Shown here in pieces: positions 10,352 through 20,429 of a DNA stretch of 64,000 bases. Origin of the DNA: a virus. The notes below the pieces were generated by a model. The model did no database searches and was not told where the DNA came from. It saw nothing but the letters and a program-made list of their open reading frames with translations. The stretch's first letter is position 1. Every line of letters starts with the position of its first letter. Position numbers and translations under genes: made by a program. The DNA lies in IMG/VR virus record IMGVR_UViG_3300046808_000337, positions 6,038-70,037 of that record, one strand, 5' to 3'.

Positions 10352-11812
10352 TTAGACTGTGAACAGACCGTACTTGTTAGCGTTTACAAACTTGTAAGCT
10401 ACTTCAGATACGATGTGAACACCGAGCTGCCATACATCAGTCTTGTTAGCTGCTGCACGACCACCTGTCTGCCACATGTTCATGAATGCTCCTGGCTTGT
10501 GACATACGCGGATATACTTACCCATGTTACCCATACCATCGTCAACACCTCCATTGGTGCTCAATGGAATGAAGAACGCGTATTGTTTCCAAGGGTTATC
10601 AGTAGCGTCAGCACCAGCACCGAACATTGTTGGGTTGTCGAAGATGCCCATACGAACAAACGCGAAGTTCTTGTTATTAAACACGAGGTTGTTGAATGAG
10701 AATGTACGACTCATCAAGTCAGCGTAAGCGCCCTCGCCCCAGAAGGTCTTCTCCAACTGAGTCTTGTTAACGGTCACGTTGTAGTTAAGCGCTGAAGCAC
10801 CTGGGCCAGCAGCTTGGAAAAGCGCTTGCTCTAATTGGGCTTGCATGTAACCGCTTGTCCACACCATATAGTTCTTTACAGAACCGTCCTGTGAGGTCAA
10901 AGCAGCTTCCATTGCGTAGAAGTCTTCAATATCAATTCCAGCACCAGCTCCACCGCCAATTGATATCGCAGTATTGATACCACCACCGTTTGCGCCAGAT
11001 TGGTTGTTTTCAATCGCGTTTACCAAACCTTGTGTGGTCTGGAAAGACGTAGGTGTAATGGTAGCGTTGTAACCTGTAGATGTAGATGGAACACCGGCAA
11101 AGAACGTGTTTACCAAGGCAACTTGGTGCTCACGCTGCAAGTAGATGATGTCACGTGAGTTAGAGTATGGAGTCTGAACCCCGTTCTCCAACTGTGAGTA
11201 CCAAAGCTGGTTGTAAAGCGCCTCTGAGCTAGAGGTGGTGTCGTTACGGAAAGTCTGCAAAGGAGAGGTGTGAACCGTGTCGAATGTAAACTTAGAAGCG
11301 TAAGCACCAGTGTTTTCACCAGCTGAGTTACCTACGTAGAACATCAAACCACTAGGACCTGCTGCGCCTGTTGTGATTAATGGCGCCATGGTAACTTCAG
11401 CAGCATCATTCGGATTCTTTGCTGTGATCTGGTATAGAGCACCAGTGGCAGCATTTCTCCAGATGTCTCCAACCGCTGGCCAAGAGTAGTCTACACCGCC
11501 AACAGTTGTAATGCTGGTACCGTCCAAAGTTACTGTATACGGACCTGGATTTGCACCAGCTGAGGTAACAGTAATTGGAGCTTCCATGCGGGTCATTTCA
11601 AACCAACGAACACGTGGGTTCTTCGCGATTTCGCGGTTACCTACTGCGTTCATGATCTGGTTCATCGCATCGAAATACTCATCACCAAATGGAAGATATG
11701 CTACCGCATCAAAGTCTTCCATGATTGCATCCCAGTTGTTCTGGATGCCCCCGAAGTTCATTGCACCCGTACTGATAGGGGGTGCAATTGGGTCACTTAC
11801 TACAAATGCCAT
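10352..11812 (-). CDS. Major capsid protein
   Basis: 486 aa; order TerL-portal-acidic protein-MCP-terminator; strongly biased codon usage. Confidence 0.8.
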   Translation of the reverse strand: MAFVVSDPIAPPISTGAMNFGGIQNNWDAIMEDFDAVAYLPFGDEYFDAMNQIMNAVGNREIAKNPRVRWFEMTRMEAPITVTSAGANPGPYTVTLDGTSITTVGGVDYSWPAVGDIWRNAATGALYQITAKNPNDAAEVTMAPLITTGAAGPSGLMFYVGNSAGENTGAYASKFTFDTVHTSPLQTFRNDTTSSSEALYNQLWYSQLENGVQTPYSNSRDIIYLQREHQVALVNTFFAGVPSTSTGYNATITPTSFQTTQGLVNAIENNQSGANGGGINTAISIGGGAGAGIDIEDFYAMEAALTSQDGSVKNYMVWTSGYMQAQLEQALFQAAGPGASALNYNVTVNKTQLEKTFWGEGAYADLMSRTFSFNNLVFNNKNFAFVRMGIFDNPTMFGAGADATDNPWKQYAFFIPLSTNGGVDDGMGNMGKYIRVCHKPGAFMNMWQTGGRAAANKTDVWQLGVHIVSEVAYKFVNANKYGLFTV

Positions 11813-11837
11813 TTTATTAAATTTTTTTAATAGTTAA

Positions 11838-12899
11838 TTATGATTTTAGCATCTGTGACGGTAAGGCAATACCACGCTCCATGAGATCTCTTTGAGCCGG
11901 GGTAAGTCCCTTGTTGTCTACAGACGTTTTGCCTACACGGTTCGGCGTCTTAGGCTGACCATTGTAGACCTCGCGTACCACCTTTTTTTCGGTTTGAGCA
12001 GTAAGTGACTTGGCTATTTGAACACCGAGATCCCCAGACTGAACCTTATGAATGAGGATTTGATTTGTTAACCATTCACGCACCGCTTGTTTACCTTCCT
12101 TTGTGGTGGTATCAAAGGCTTGACCTAAATAACCAGCATACTGCGACTTCAAAATCGATTCGACCTCTTCGTTTGAAACTTGTAACGAAACTTCCGTATC
12201 GCCGAATTTGTAGGGGACCTCCTTTAGCTGCTTACCGTAGGACTCTGCCTCGGTAAGTGCTATAGTCTGTCTTTCCGCAATCTGTTTTTGACTTTGGCTC
12301 TTTAGCTCTTTTGCAAAGGTAAAAGGATTCTTTACTGTTTCAACATCTTTTTTGGTCTTTTCAATCATCTCAATAGCATCGATTGCATCAGACTTTAAAA
12401 GGGCTGTAGCGTAATATTCTCCGTCACCTAAGTTATACTTTTCACGAATGGCTTCCTCAATAGTTGACTGGCCAAGTCGCTTAAATTTATCTGGATTCTT
12501 TACCGCCTCAGCAAGGACTAGTGCCTTCAAGGGGTCTTCCATCAAGCTGTCGGGGTTAGAGGACACGATCTGGTTGGCTATAGACGAGTTGATACCCTTT
12601 TTACCAAAAGCAACCATTGTGCGAGCCTCTTCGATGCCGCCAAATGGATCGTCTGCCTCCTGCAAAAGCGCTAAACCATCCTCTATCTCCTTTTGTTTAT
12701 GGGTTAACTCTTCCGCCAAACCTTTGTATGACCGTAATTGCTCGAACTCATTTTTAAACGAATCCTCGCTATCGTACCCATAAGCAGCAAACCACGGGCT
12801 ATCTTGTGGGGATACCTCTTCATTAACATGTTCAGTTCCTTGGTTGGTTAATTCTTCGTTTACCAACTCATTTTGATTGTTCAATTCGTTGTTTTCCAT
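11838..12899 (-). CDS. Acidic helical protein, probable scaffold
   Basis: 353 aa, E/N-rich N-terminus, located between portal and MCP. Confidence 0.55.
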   Translation of the reverse strand: MENNELNNQNELVNEELTNQGTEHVNEEVSPQDSPWFAAYGYDSEDSFKNEFEQLRSYKGLAEELTHKQKEIEDGLALLQEADDPFGGIEEARTMVAFGKKGINSSIANQIVSSNPDSLMEDPLKALVLAEAVKNPDKFKRLGQSTIEEAIREKYNLGDGEYYATALLKSDAIDAIEMIEKTKKDVETVKNPFTFAKELKSQSQKQIAERQTIALTEAESYGKQLKEVPYKFGDTEVSLQVSNEEVESILKSQYAGYLGQAFDTTTKEGKQAVREWLTNQILIHKVQSGDLGVQIAKSLTAQTEKKVVREVYNGQPKTPNRVGKTSVDNKGLTPAQRDLMERGIALPSQMLKS

Positions 12900-12904
12900 A
12901 TGTT

Positions 12905-15301
12905 TTATACTCTACCTGTTATTTCGTTTCCTAACTCAGCCTCAAGAGTAGCCTCAAGATTTATTTCTTCTAACGCCTGTTGTCCCTTGAGCATTTGTAC
13001 TTGGTAATCTGCATCAGCCTTCATCTTAGCCAACTGCTGTTCTTTCATGAGGTCAAGGTTAGCCTTTTCTCTGTGTGCCGCAATCTCCATTTGCATCTTT
13101 TGCATCATGGTCTGTCTCTTAGCCTCTTCCGTTACAATGGCAGATTCTTGCTGACCCTGAATAGTTTGCTGCAACATCATCTGAGAGTATTGCTGCTCTC
13201 TCTGGCGTGCCTCTGTTTCCTCTGTTGCCATGAACCACAACGCCTCGTCAACATCTCCGTTTTTCAGTAACTGAGCCACTCGCTCTACACTAGAAGGGCT
13301 CAACAAAACAGCACCATCTTTAGTAGGCATCTGTGACATTTGCATAGCGCGTTGTAAAATAGCACTCTTTTCCTTTTCATTAGGAAGAACCTTGCATGTA
13401 ATTGCGAGCTGATCCAAAGACAATCCCTCAATATCATCCAGGGCGTTAATCATTGTCTCACCAATAATTGCTTCATAAAACTCGCGGATCTTCGGGTCGT
13501 ACTCTATATCTATCCTGGCCTGATGTATAATTCTTTCACCAAGTTTTTGTTTAAATTGTCTTTCCGATTCACGTAACGGCCAGTTGGCGTGGTTACCAGC
13601 AACATAGTCGGCCTCCATAACACCAACCAAACGCTCCGCTGATTGGTCAGGACTTGCGGCCATAGCATCCGGAATACCCATAAGGTCCTTGATCATCATT
13701 TGGATATTTGCTATCTGGGCAAGCCATTCTTGGCCTTGTGGTCCCAAACCATTGTCCATTTCTGCCAATGGCTGAGATACATACTTGCCTGTTGCCGCGT
13801 TAAACTTAGTAGCGACAATCTGAATACCGTTTTGACGGTGGATGTGCATGAGGTCGAACAGGTCGTACTCTACACCTCCAATCTTGATGTTGGCGGCTTC
13901 GCCGACATCAATTCTGTATCCTTTCGGAGCAGCAGCCCATACCGCCGCACGTAACTTCAATACCGCAAACATCAAATCATCAAGCAATCCTTTCACGCTG
14001 CGTGTCGGAGACTGACCATTGATGCGGTGAATAACATAAGAACTCATTGGAGAAAGGCCCTTCTGCATTTGGTTAGGTTTCTTCTTCCATTCGTAAATTT
14101 TATCTTGTCCTGTACCAGAAATGATGTAAGACCCTTCGTACCAGTAGTTGCAGCTTACCTCGTCATATGTGTCGTTTGGGTTCTTCTTCTTCTCGTCTAC
14201 CGGCTTGTTGTTGCGGATATAACTTCCATATCCCTGCTTGTTTACTCGCTCTACGTACTGTTTGTAGTCTGTAGATAAATATTCAAACTTTAACACGTAT
14301 ATCTTAAAATCCATCCAAACCCAACGGTTTGTGGTAGAGTCTTTGCGCTCAAATGCCCACTGAGGAATGGTTGATACGTTGGTTTGGTATGGAACATACG
14401 ACTTTGCCATCGCCTGTATCTGTGCCTCAGTAAATCCGGCGTCAATCAGCTTGTCAAAAATAGACTGAACAGTTTCAGCCTCTATGTGTCCAATAGCCAC
14501 AGGCTCTTCCTGATTGTCTTCATTCCAAAGCATGACCATTCGGGCAGGATCTATGTACTGAAACTTTACCTGTCCGGTAATTGGATCATTGTAAATCTTA
14601 GCGGCACGGAAGTGAAAGTCAATCGCGTCACGATTAAACTCCATACGCTGACCCGCCCAGTTAGAAGCACGAAAACCAGACTCAGCAAGTTTCTCTAAGG
14701 CAACTTCATATTTGCTCTTGAAAAAACCAAGACGGTCAGCCATCTCAAGCATTGTCTCGTCCTTAGGAACAAAAGGTAACTTAAACTCTGGCAGACCTAA
14801 TTGACGCGCTAGTGGATTTGTGTAATTTGCCTTAGCGTACAAATCATATTTTTGACGCTTCTTTTTATTGATGATGTTTTTATCAAGAGAAACACAATCA
14901 AGTTTATAGTCGTTATCTGCAAGAATCGATAGAAGAACATTCGATAATTTTCTCATTGGAGAGAAAATGTCATAGCTAATGTTAGCCATTGCTTTTCTCT
15001 GAGCCTTACTTAATCCCTTAGTACTTGAATTGGCCTCATTTTGACTTATGCCTTTTGTGCCAATAGGAGACCCGTTTGTAAACCAATTTTTATACCTTTC
15101 CTGAGACTGATTTCCAGCGCCATAATTTCTAACTTCCTGCATCTCAGGTAATTGCGTATAAGTAAAATATGTACCACCGGCACAAAAACGAGTGTATAAA
15201 GCGCGTCCAACACGTAATCCGTACTCTGGCTTTAACTTGTCAATCTCGGGGATGTTGTCACTTGGGAACAACATGCTGCCGAGTATCTGCGGTAATATCA
15301 T
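12905..15301 (-). CDS. Portal protein
   Basis: 798 aa; follows TerL; C-terminal Q/E-rich coiled-coil barrel; crAss-like size and N-terminus. Confidence 0.8.
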   Translation of the reverse strand: MILPQILGSMLFPSDNIPEIDKLKPEYGLRVGRALYTRFCAGGTYFTYTQLPEMQEVRNYGAGNQSQERYKNWFTNGSPIGTKGISQNEANSSTKGLSKAQRKAMANISYDIFSPMRKLSNVLLSILADNDYKLDCVSLDKNIINKKKRQKYDLYAKANYTNPLARQLGLPEFKLPFVPKDETMLEMADRLGFFKSKYEVALEKLAESGFRASNWAGQRMEFNRDAIDFHFRAAKIYNDPITGQVKFQYIDPARMVMLWNEDNQEEPVAIGHIEAETVQSIFDKLIDAGFTEAQIQAMAKSYVPYQTNVSTIPQWAFERKDSTTNRWVWMDFKIYVLKFEYLSTDYKQYVERVNKQGYGSYIRNNKPVDEKKKNPNDTYDEVSCNYWYEGSYIISGTGQDKIYEWKKKPNQMQKGLSPMSSYVIHRINGQSPTRSVKGLLDDLMFAVLKLRAAVWAAAPKGYRIDVGEAANIKIGGVEYDLFDLMHIHRQNGIQIVATKFNAATGKYVSQPLAEMDNGLGPQGQEWLAQIANIQMMIKDLMGIPDAMAASPDQSAERLVGVMEADYVAGNHANWPLRESERQFKQKLGERIIHQARIDIEYDPKIREFYEAIIGETMINALDDIEGLSLDQLAITCKVLPNEKEKSAILQRAMQMSQMPTKDGAVLLSPSSVERVAQLLKNGDVDEALWFMATEETEARQREQQYSQMMLQQTIQGQQESAIVTEEAKRQTMMQKMQMEIAAHREKANLDLMKEQQLAKMKADADYQVQMLKGQQALEEINLEATLEAELGNEITGRV

Positions 15302-15326
15302 ATCTTGTAAATTTAGTTTACCAGCA

Positions 15327-15334
15327 CAAATGTA
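15327..15334 (-). promoter_or_regulatory. Bacteroidota -7 promoter element for the portal/capsid operon
   Basis: TACATTTG (TAnnTTTG) in the TerL-portal intergenic gap. Confidence 0.6.
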
Positions 15335-15364
15335 GTAAATTTTTTATTAAATAGCTGAAAACAA

Positions 15365-17827
15365 TCATTCTACATCAAACATTGCAAAGCCTCCTTTTAT
15401 TTCTATTGGCTGATAAACCTCTTTGTAAAGGTCTGGCATCCTGCTCTTTATAGCCCTCATGCACCATCCTGTAGCGGCACACAAGTCATGGTTGGTCAAG
15501 TCATCAAGGCCCCTCATCTGGCTCCATTCTTCTACTATCTCCCACATTTTTACATACTTAACATTGTTGTTGAAGAACGTCATGATGTCTCCGGCCATTT
15601 CGTTTTTCTCAGCCTCTCCCGCCCATACTCCCGGTCTTGCATCCTGCTTTCCATCAGACCCCAAATCCTTCAAAAGGTAGCCATCAAACCCATTGTCTCT
15701 AAAGTATTCCACTAGAGCTTCTCCATCCGGCCATTCAGGATAAACATATGCACCAAGGAATATGGCTGCCTTCAGCCACTCCTCGTGATACTCAGCCTTG
15801 TCTTCAGTTTGTCTGTTGTAAATCAGAATCCAGTCGTTACTCACCCATTCGTTTCTAGGTTTGCTGTCTGGATCTACCTGACTATCTCGTTTGTAGAAAA
15901 CCGCTGCTGCTGCGTTTGACTTCTTTTTACCTACTGTGTTTCGCTTATGGAACTTTACCGGGTCACAACAAAGGAAGTACTTGTTCATTACCGAAGGATC
16001 CGGCGCGTATATTGGGCCCCTTTCTTTGGGAGGTATATACCCTTCTTCTGCTGTCACAACTGTTCTTCTGTTCCTTTGATCGTGTGGGGGCAGGTAAGTC
16101 ATAGTCCAACTCCCCTTAGGGTCATTTTCCACATAAACATCCCCCCCAAACTTGTCTCCAATCCATTTGAAGTTTACCTTAGTGCTTATTGGGGTCCTTA
16201 AAAACTTCAATTCAGATATGCGGTCACGCATCTTCTCGATAGGCATACCCATGTCTTTTGGAATTACAGCAAACGCCTGCTTCCAAGTCATTGGGAAGTT
16301 CTGCTGCAACTTAATGAGCTTCTGCCATTCCCGCTTGCGCTCGAAGTAGTCTGCTTGGTTTAACAGATACGACTTGGCGCCCTTGGTAATCCACTTGCCT
16401 TCGTTGGACATCACGGGTTCCTTCGGGTCGTCAATAATGCTTGCACCGTACTCGTCGATGTACCCCTCCACTGCGTAGTAACCGGGCAGAAAAAAGTTGA
16501 TGAGTCCTGACGGAGTTGTTCCGTTCTCGTTGCGATCAGAGAAGTGTGAATCGTTGGCAATGTCAAAGAACTGTGCTCCACCGCCTGTGTCCATGTCACC
16601 CACCGTAGACGGCATGATGCAGAACCCACGAATGTTCTCACCTCGCTCGATCGCTGGCTTCATCGTGTTGTACCACCACGTCGGGATGTTTTGGTCTGCC
16701 GCCTTCGCGTCCGTTTTCTTCGCTGGCTCGTCACGATAGACAAATGCGATTTCCGCCTCTCCGTCCGCCGCCTTTTCCGACGACGAGAGTGGCGTAATGA
16801 AACATTCCATTTGTTCGGGGATGATTCCAGCCCTTGCTGCTGATGCGATTGCTCCTTCATATTGGAAACGTAATCCCTCTTTCGCCTCAATCCTTCCGCG
16901 ATAGTGTGGTCGGAAGAAGAAAGGAAGTTTACTTACGGGGGTTTGTATCTGCTTGATAAATATCTTGTTAACAGCCTGATCCTCGTTCATCGCCTGGATG
17001 ATAAAGGTCTGGTCTGGCATATTGAGAGTGCCCCAAGTACAAAAACAACATGCAATTGCTGTCTTGGCGATACGACGTCCGGAAACGAAGTTAATGCCGT
17101 GCACAGTCCTCTTTCCTCTTCCGACCGTTACGTTTACGTTTGGCTCAACGTAGTATTCTACCCCTTGATCGTTCATATCCTCAACGACACTTTTCACTTC
17201 TTGGTTTGAATACCTTGTCTTTACCACTCCGTTTTCCCGGTACAGAATCTTGTGCTTATAAAATGCATCCTCTGTGGTGTAGGCGTACATAAACAGGTGG
17301 AACATCTTTCGCTGGTAGTCGCGGTAGTCTGGACGGTTGTTGTTTTTTCCAAAATTCTTTACGGTCCAGAAGTTCAAGAAGAAGTAGTTCGCCCCGTTGA
17401 TGTATGTAGGTTTTCCTTTGATGAAACACCAATACCCAACATATCTACGCTTAATTTGGAGTTTGATCCATTCAATCTCCATGGCATAGTACTTCTGATT
17501 GGACTCAATTTCCTCGTAAATGTCCTCAAGCCTTACGTCGCCTACTTCCTTGTATTTGGATTTGTTAGTTGCGTGTTTCTTATTGAACACGACCTCATAG
17601 ATTAACTTTATCTTCTCAGGTGTTTCCTGATAAGTAAACTTTTGATCTTTAGGATTTAATCCATATCCATCGACAAAAGTAAGCGCTTCCTCTCTTGTTA
17701 TCTCTCGCTTTAGATGGTGAGAATACCATTCTTCCAGGCGCGGAAGCGGGATACGGATTGTATCTAACTCGTCATCATCCTCATGGAACGAAACATATTT
17801 GTCCTCCTCGTCGTATTCGTACTTCAT
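15365..17827 (-). CDS. terL: Terminase large subunit
   Basis: 820 aa; YINGANYFFL..PDYRD adenine-binding region, variant Walker A (SGRRIAKT), Walker B (FVYRDE), PST coupling motif, nuclease CCDP and HDL. Confidence 0.85.
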   Translation of the reverse strand: MKYEYDEEDKYVSFHEDDDELDTIRIPLPRLEEWYSHHLKREITREEALTFVDGYGLNPKDQKFTYQETPEKIKLIYEVVFNKKHATNKSKYKEVGDVRLEDIYEEIESNQKYYAMEIEWIKLQIKRRYVGYWCFIKGKPTYINGANYFFLNFWTVKNFGKNNNRPDYRDYQRKMFHLFMYAYTTEDAFYKHKILYRENGVVKTRYSNQEVKSVVEDMNDQGVEYYVEPNVNVTVGRGKRTVHGINFVSGRRIAKTAIACCFCTWGTLNMPDQTFIIQAMNEDQAVNKIFIKQIQTPVSKLPFFFRPHYRGRIEAKEGLRFQYEGAIASAARAGIIPEQMECFITPLSSSEKAADGEAEIAFVYRDEPAKKTDAKAADQNIPTWWYNTMKPAIERGENIRGFCIMPSTVGDMDTGGGAQFFDIANDSHFSDRNENGTTPSGLINFFLPGYYAVEGYIDEYGASIIDDPKEPVMSNEGKWITKGAKSYLLNQADYFERKREWQKLIKLQQNFPMTWKQAFAVIPKDMGMPIEKMRDRISELKFLRTPISTKVNFKWIGDKFGGDVYVENDPKGSWTMTYLPPHDQRNRRTVVTAEEGYIPPKERGPIYAPDPSVMNKYFLCCDPVKFHKRNTVGKKKSNAAAAVFYKRDSQVDPDSKPRNEWVSNDWILIYNRQTEDKAEYHEEWLKAAIFLGAYVYPEWPDGEALVEYFRDNGFDGYLLKDLGSDGKQDARPGVWAGEAEKNEMAGDIMTFFNNNVKYVKMWEIVEEWSQMRGLDDLTNHDLCAATGWCMRAIKSRMPDLYKEVYQPIEIKGGFAMFDVE

Positions 17828-18477
17828 GGTATTACCTCCGGGAATATTTCTTTCTTCTCACGCCATATGCGGGAGTAGTGTTCTGGCTGTATACCCAAGT
17901 TTTCTGAACGAACCGAGAACGTGATTGCTTTTTGTAAAGTTATGCTAACCTCATCGTTCATGATTCTAGTCCGCGCATCTACTAGGGTTTGACGCCAACT
18001 CTCAAGTCCTGCTTGAAAGTTCTTATCGTCATTTGACCTGTCCACGGGCTGAGTCAATAACGCTCTTTGCAATGCTGCGATTCGGATGTCTGCGGTACTC
18101 ATAATCGAATAGTCCTCCGAGCATTGTAGGCGGGTGAATACGATGTAACGCTCCACCGCCCAGTCCACATTCATCATGCAGAGCTGGGCGTACCCGTTGT
18201 CTGGATCCGTGTCATCAACCATTATGTTGAGTTTGTTCAGCGTATATCGTTTGCGCTGGTTGATGTCCGGATAGGCATCTTTTACAGGTGTTCCTGGAGC
18301 GAACATATATATGAGATAGCGCACAACCTTGTCAGCGCTAACCCCCTCAGGAAGGTCGTCAGACCTGTCGAGAATATGGGCTTGACTGGCCAGGTCCGAG
18401 AAACGGTATACGACCGCCTCGTCATCCGGGATGCCTTCAATGTTGTACGATATTTTACTAAAGTCTAGTTTTATCAT
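17824..18477 (-). CDS. Hypothetical protein, candidate terminase small subunit
   Basis: 217 aa helical; ATGA-coupled immediately upstream of TerL. Confidence 0.4.
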   Translation of the reverse strand: MIKLDFSKISYNIEGIPDDEAVVYRFSDLASQAHILDRSDDLPEGVSADKVVRYLIYMFAPGTPVKDAYPDINQRKRYTLNKLNIMVDDTDPDNGYAQLCMMNVDWAVERYIVFTRLQCSEDYSIMSTADIRIAALQRALLTQPVDRSNDDKNFQAGLESWRQTLVDARTRIMNDEVSITLQKAITFSVRSENLGIQPEHYSRIWREKKEIFPEVIP

Positions 18478-19277
18478 CTTTGGTACGCAAGGATCACCCT
18501 TGACTGGAATCTAACGTATTCTGTTGTCTTGGCAAGTGTAGGGTCTAACTTTGTTGCGTAGGCTCTCCTTACACATACAATGTCCCCCTTCTTGACCTCA
18601 TTGTTTGACCAAACATCTGGCCTTGTATATACCGGTGTTCTTGCTGGAGGAACAACAACTTCAACTAAAGTAAGGTCGTTGTCTACCATGTGGATTGACC
18701 CTATCTTCCTTTCATTACCAAGCAGTTTTCCTATAATGTACCCATTCAAGCTAACTATTTCATCACCGCGCTTGGCCGCGTATATCGACTTCTTAGAAAT
18801 CGTTAGGTATATTTTTCCGTCTACTATACAGCCACCTTCTCCCTCGGTTATCATCTCTCGGGTAAAAGTAGCGTCAAACCAAACTTCGTCACCTTCAACG
18901 GCATCAAACTCACACTGATAGTCCCATCCCTGTTCGCCAAGGTCAGCCTCAGAAATTTTAATTATTTTCCCTCTCCTTACAGCCTGTTTGTCTTGAATGT
19001 TTTCCTTGTCCGGGTCAGCCTCTTGTTGTGACTCAGCATGAATCCTATTGTATTCAGCTATCAACTTCTTGTCCTTATACCTTGACTTTCTTATACCATC
19101 GACAAGGTCAAACATATAGTTATGGTCTACGTCTGATACATAAGTCTTTACCTTGTTGACTATCTTGAGTTTACCTCCATTAAAGTCTATCTCGTCTTCA
19201 GTAAGCGCATGAAGCTGAATTATACACTCTCCGTTTATTAAACGGATCTTGTCCAGATCTATCCCGTTTAAATTCAT
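18474..19277 (-). CDS. Tandem GroES-like co-chaperonin
   Basis: Two GroES-like units: (AVEGDEVWF..IVDGKIYLTI.KKSIYA) and (SLNGYIIG..GSIH..VKKGDIVCV..SRVIL). Confidence 0.6.
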   Translation of the reverse strand: MNLNGIDLDKIRLINGECIIQLHALTEDEIDFNGGKLKIVNKVKTYVSDVDHNYMFDLVDGIRKSRYKDKKLIAEYNRIHAESQQEADPDKENIQDKQAVRRGKIIKISEADLGEQGWDYQCEFDAVEGDEVWFDATFTREMITEGEGGCIVDGKIYLTISKKSIYAAKRGDEIVSLNGYIIGKLLGNERKIGSIHMVDNDLTLVEVVVPPARTPVYTRPDVWSNNEVKKGDIVCVRRAYATKLDPTLAKTTEYVRFQSRVILAYQR

Positions 19278-19531
19278 TTGTTTGCTATTTTTTGTTCGTA
19301 AATCTCAAGCACCTTCTTTTGCTTGTCAAAGTTCTTCTTTCCAATTGGAATTTTTTTCTTTAACTTGTTTACGCACCTCCTCAATGAAGAGTAGCTACCA
19401 AACACCATAACGGCATCCCAGTCAGACATCAAGCCCTCAACTTTTACGGGATCCACCTGCTCTCTCCTAATGTAGTACTCGTATACCTCTATGATTTTGA
19501 GGTAGTTATTTTTTGTTTTTGTTCTTATCAT
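19274..19531 (-). CDS. Hypothetical basic protein
   Basis: 85 aa, coupled within the operon. Confidence 0.55.
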   Translation of the reverse strand: MIRTKTKNNYLKIIEVYEYYIRREQVDPVKVEGLMSDWDAVMVFGSYSSLRRCVNKLKKKIPIGKKNFDKQKKVLEIYEQKIANK

Positions 19532-19808
19532 AATGCTCTTGCAGTGTTTTGAAGAACGAAGACCTCTTAATCCTTGTCTCGACCTTTGTCTGTGAAATCT
19601 CAGTCATCGTCTCCTTATAGCGTCTTATCGCCTTTTCTACTTCGTCAAGGTCTTGTGAAGTTATGTTAGGGTCACAGTACAACAACCTCCTACGAGACTT
19701 CGTGGCCATTGGGGTGAATATTCTCATCACCTCGTATATCTCAATCTTCTCATCAATCATAGTGTTGAGGAGTAGTATTGCCCTGTCCCAATTCTTAATG
19801 TTATTCAT
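19506..19808 (-). CDS. Hypothetical protein
   Basis: 100 aa, coupled within the operon. Confidence 0.55.
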   Translation of the reverse strand: MNNIKNWDRAILLLNTMIDEKIEIYEVMRIFTPMATKSRRRLLYCDPNITSQDLDEVEKAIRRYKETMTEISQTKVETRIKRSSFFKTLQEHYDKNKNKK

Positions 19809-20016
19809 ATACCAAAACTATATGTCGCTCGTGTACAGAGTACTCCGTAACATCTTGCAGTTCAACCTTGTCTACCTTTCCTACAATGCAAACCCGCTGC
19901 CCAACCTCAAAATCACAAAAATTACCAACCTTGGTTATTACCGCATCGATTTGCTGTTTTGTATGGTTTTCTATCTGAATAAATACCCGGTGATCGGGTG
20001 GAAATAAGTTACTCAT
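19801..20016 (-). CDS. Minimal GroES-like protein
   Basis: 71 aa from ATG 20016: LFPPDHRVFIQ..AVITKVG..FEVGQRV..KVELQD..SVHERHIVLV follows the GroES pattern without a mobile loop. Confidence 0.55.
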   Translation of the reverse strand: MSNLFPPDHRVFIQIENHTKQQIDAVITKVGNFCDFEVGQRVCIVGKVDKVELQDVTEYSVHERHIVLVYE

Positions 20017-20020
20017 GTTG

Positions 20021-20088
20021 CAAATATACAAACAAATCACACAGTGTCAAGTTCTTGCTTGTAAACAATACTATTTTGCGTAAATTTG
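20021..20088. promoter_or_regulatory. Divergent promoter pair at the strand switch
   Basis: TATATTTG (minus, 20028-20021) and TAAATTTG (plus, 20081-20088), each 4 nt before an ATG. Confidence 0.7.
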
Positions 20089-20092
20089 CGCT

Positions 20093-20284
20093 ATGTTTAT
20101 CTGCTCAATTATATTGGTCCTACTATCTCTTGGTTTCATGATGAAAAACTCCATATATGGCTGTGGCAAAAGGTGTTACAAGACTCGTAAGGAGGCTCAG
20201 GAACATTGTGACTATGATCAGCAGGTTTATATGTGCTGGGACTGTGAAACCTGGCATATAAAAAATAATGAAGAAAATCCTTGA
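20093..20284 (+). CDS. Small Zn-binding protein with hydrophobic N-terminus
   Basis: 63 aa; CGKRCY..KEA and VYMCWDCETWH motifs. Confidence 0.55.
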   Translation: MFICSIILVLLSLGFMMKNSIYGCGKRCYKTRKEAQEHCDYDQQVYMCWDCETWHIKNNEENP

Positions 20285-20425
20285 CAACCTCGCGTGGTTG
20301 TTTTATGTTTGCTAAAATATTCCGCCCCCCGTTTGTTAAGAGCAACAACAACCGGGGGTTGGAAGGTGGTTACAAATCATAACCAACTCAAAAACCCGTA
20401 AAGTTGCTCTTACGGGTTTTTTTTA
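20281..20425 (+). promoter_or_regulatory. Promoter plus structured attenuator leader of the replication operon
   Basis: TATGTTTG at 20304-20311; hairpins 20320-20364 and 20367-20385; terminator 20390-20424 ending just before ATG 20430. Confidence 0.7.
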
Positions 20426-20429
20426 TTCT

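Noticed and set aside
15365-17827. Intein or intron in the long TerL
   Set aside because: No C...HN splice motifs or LAGLIDADG; frame uninterrupted; length is normal for crAss-like TerL
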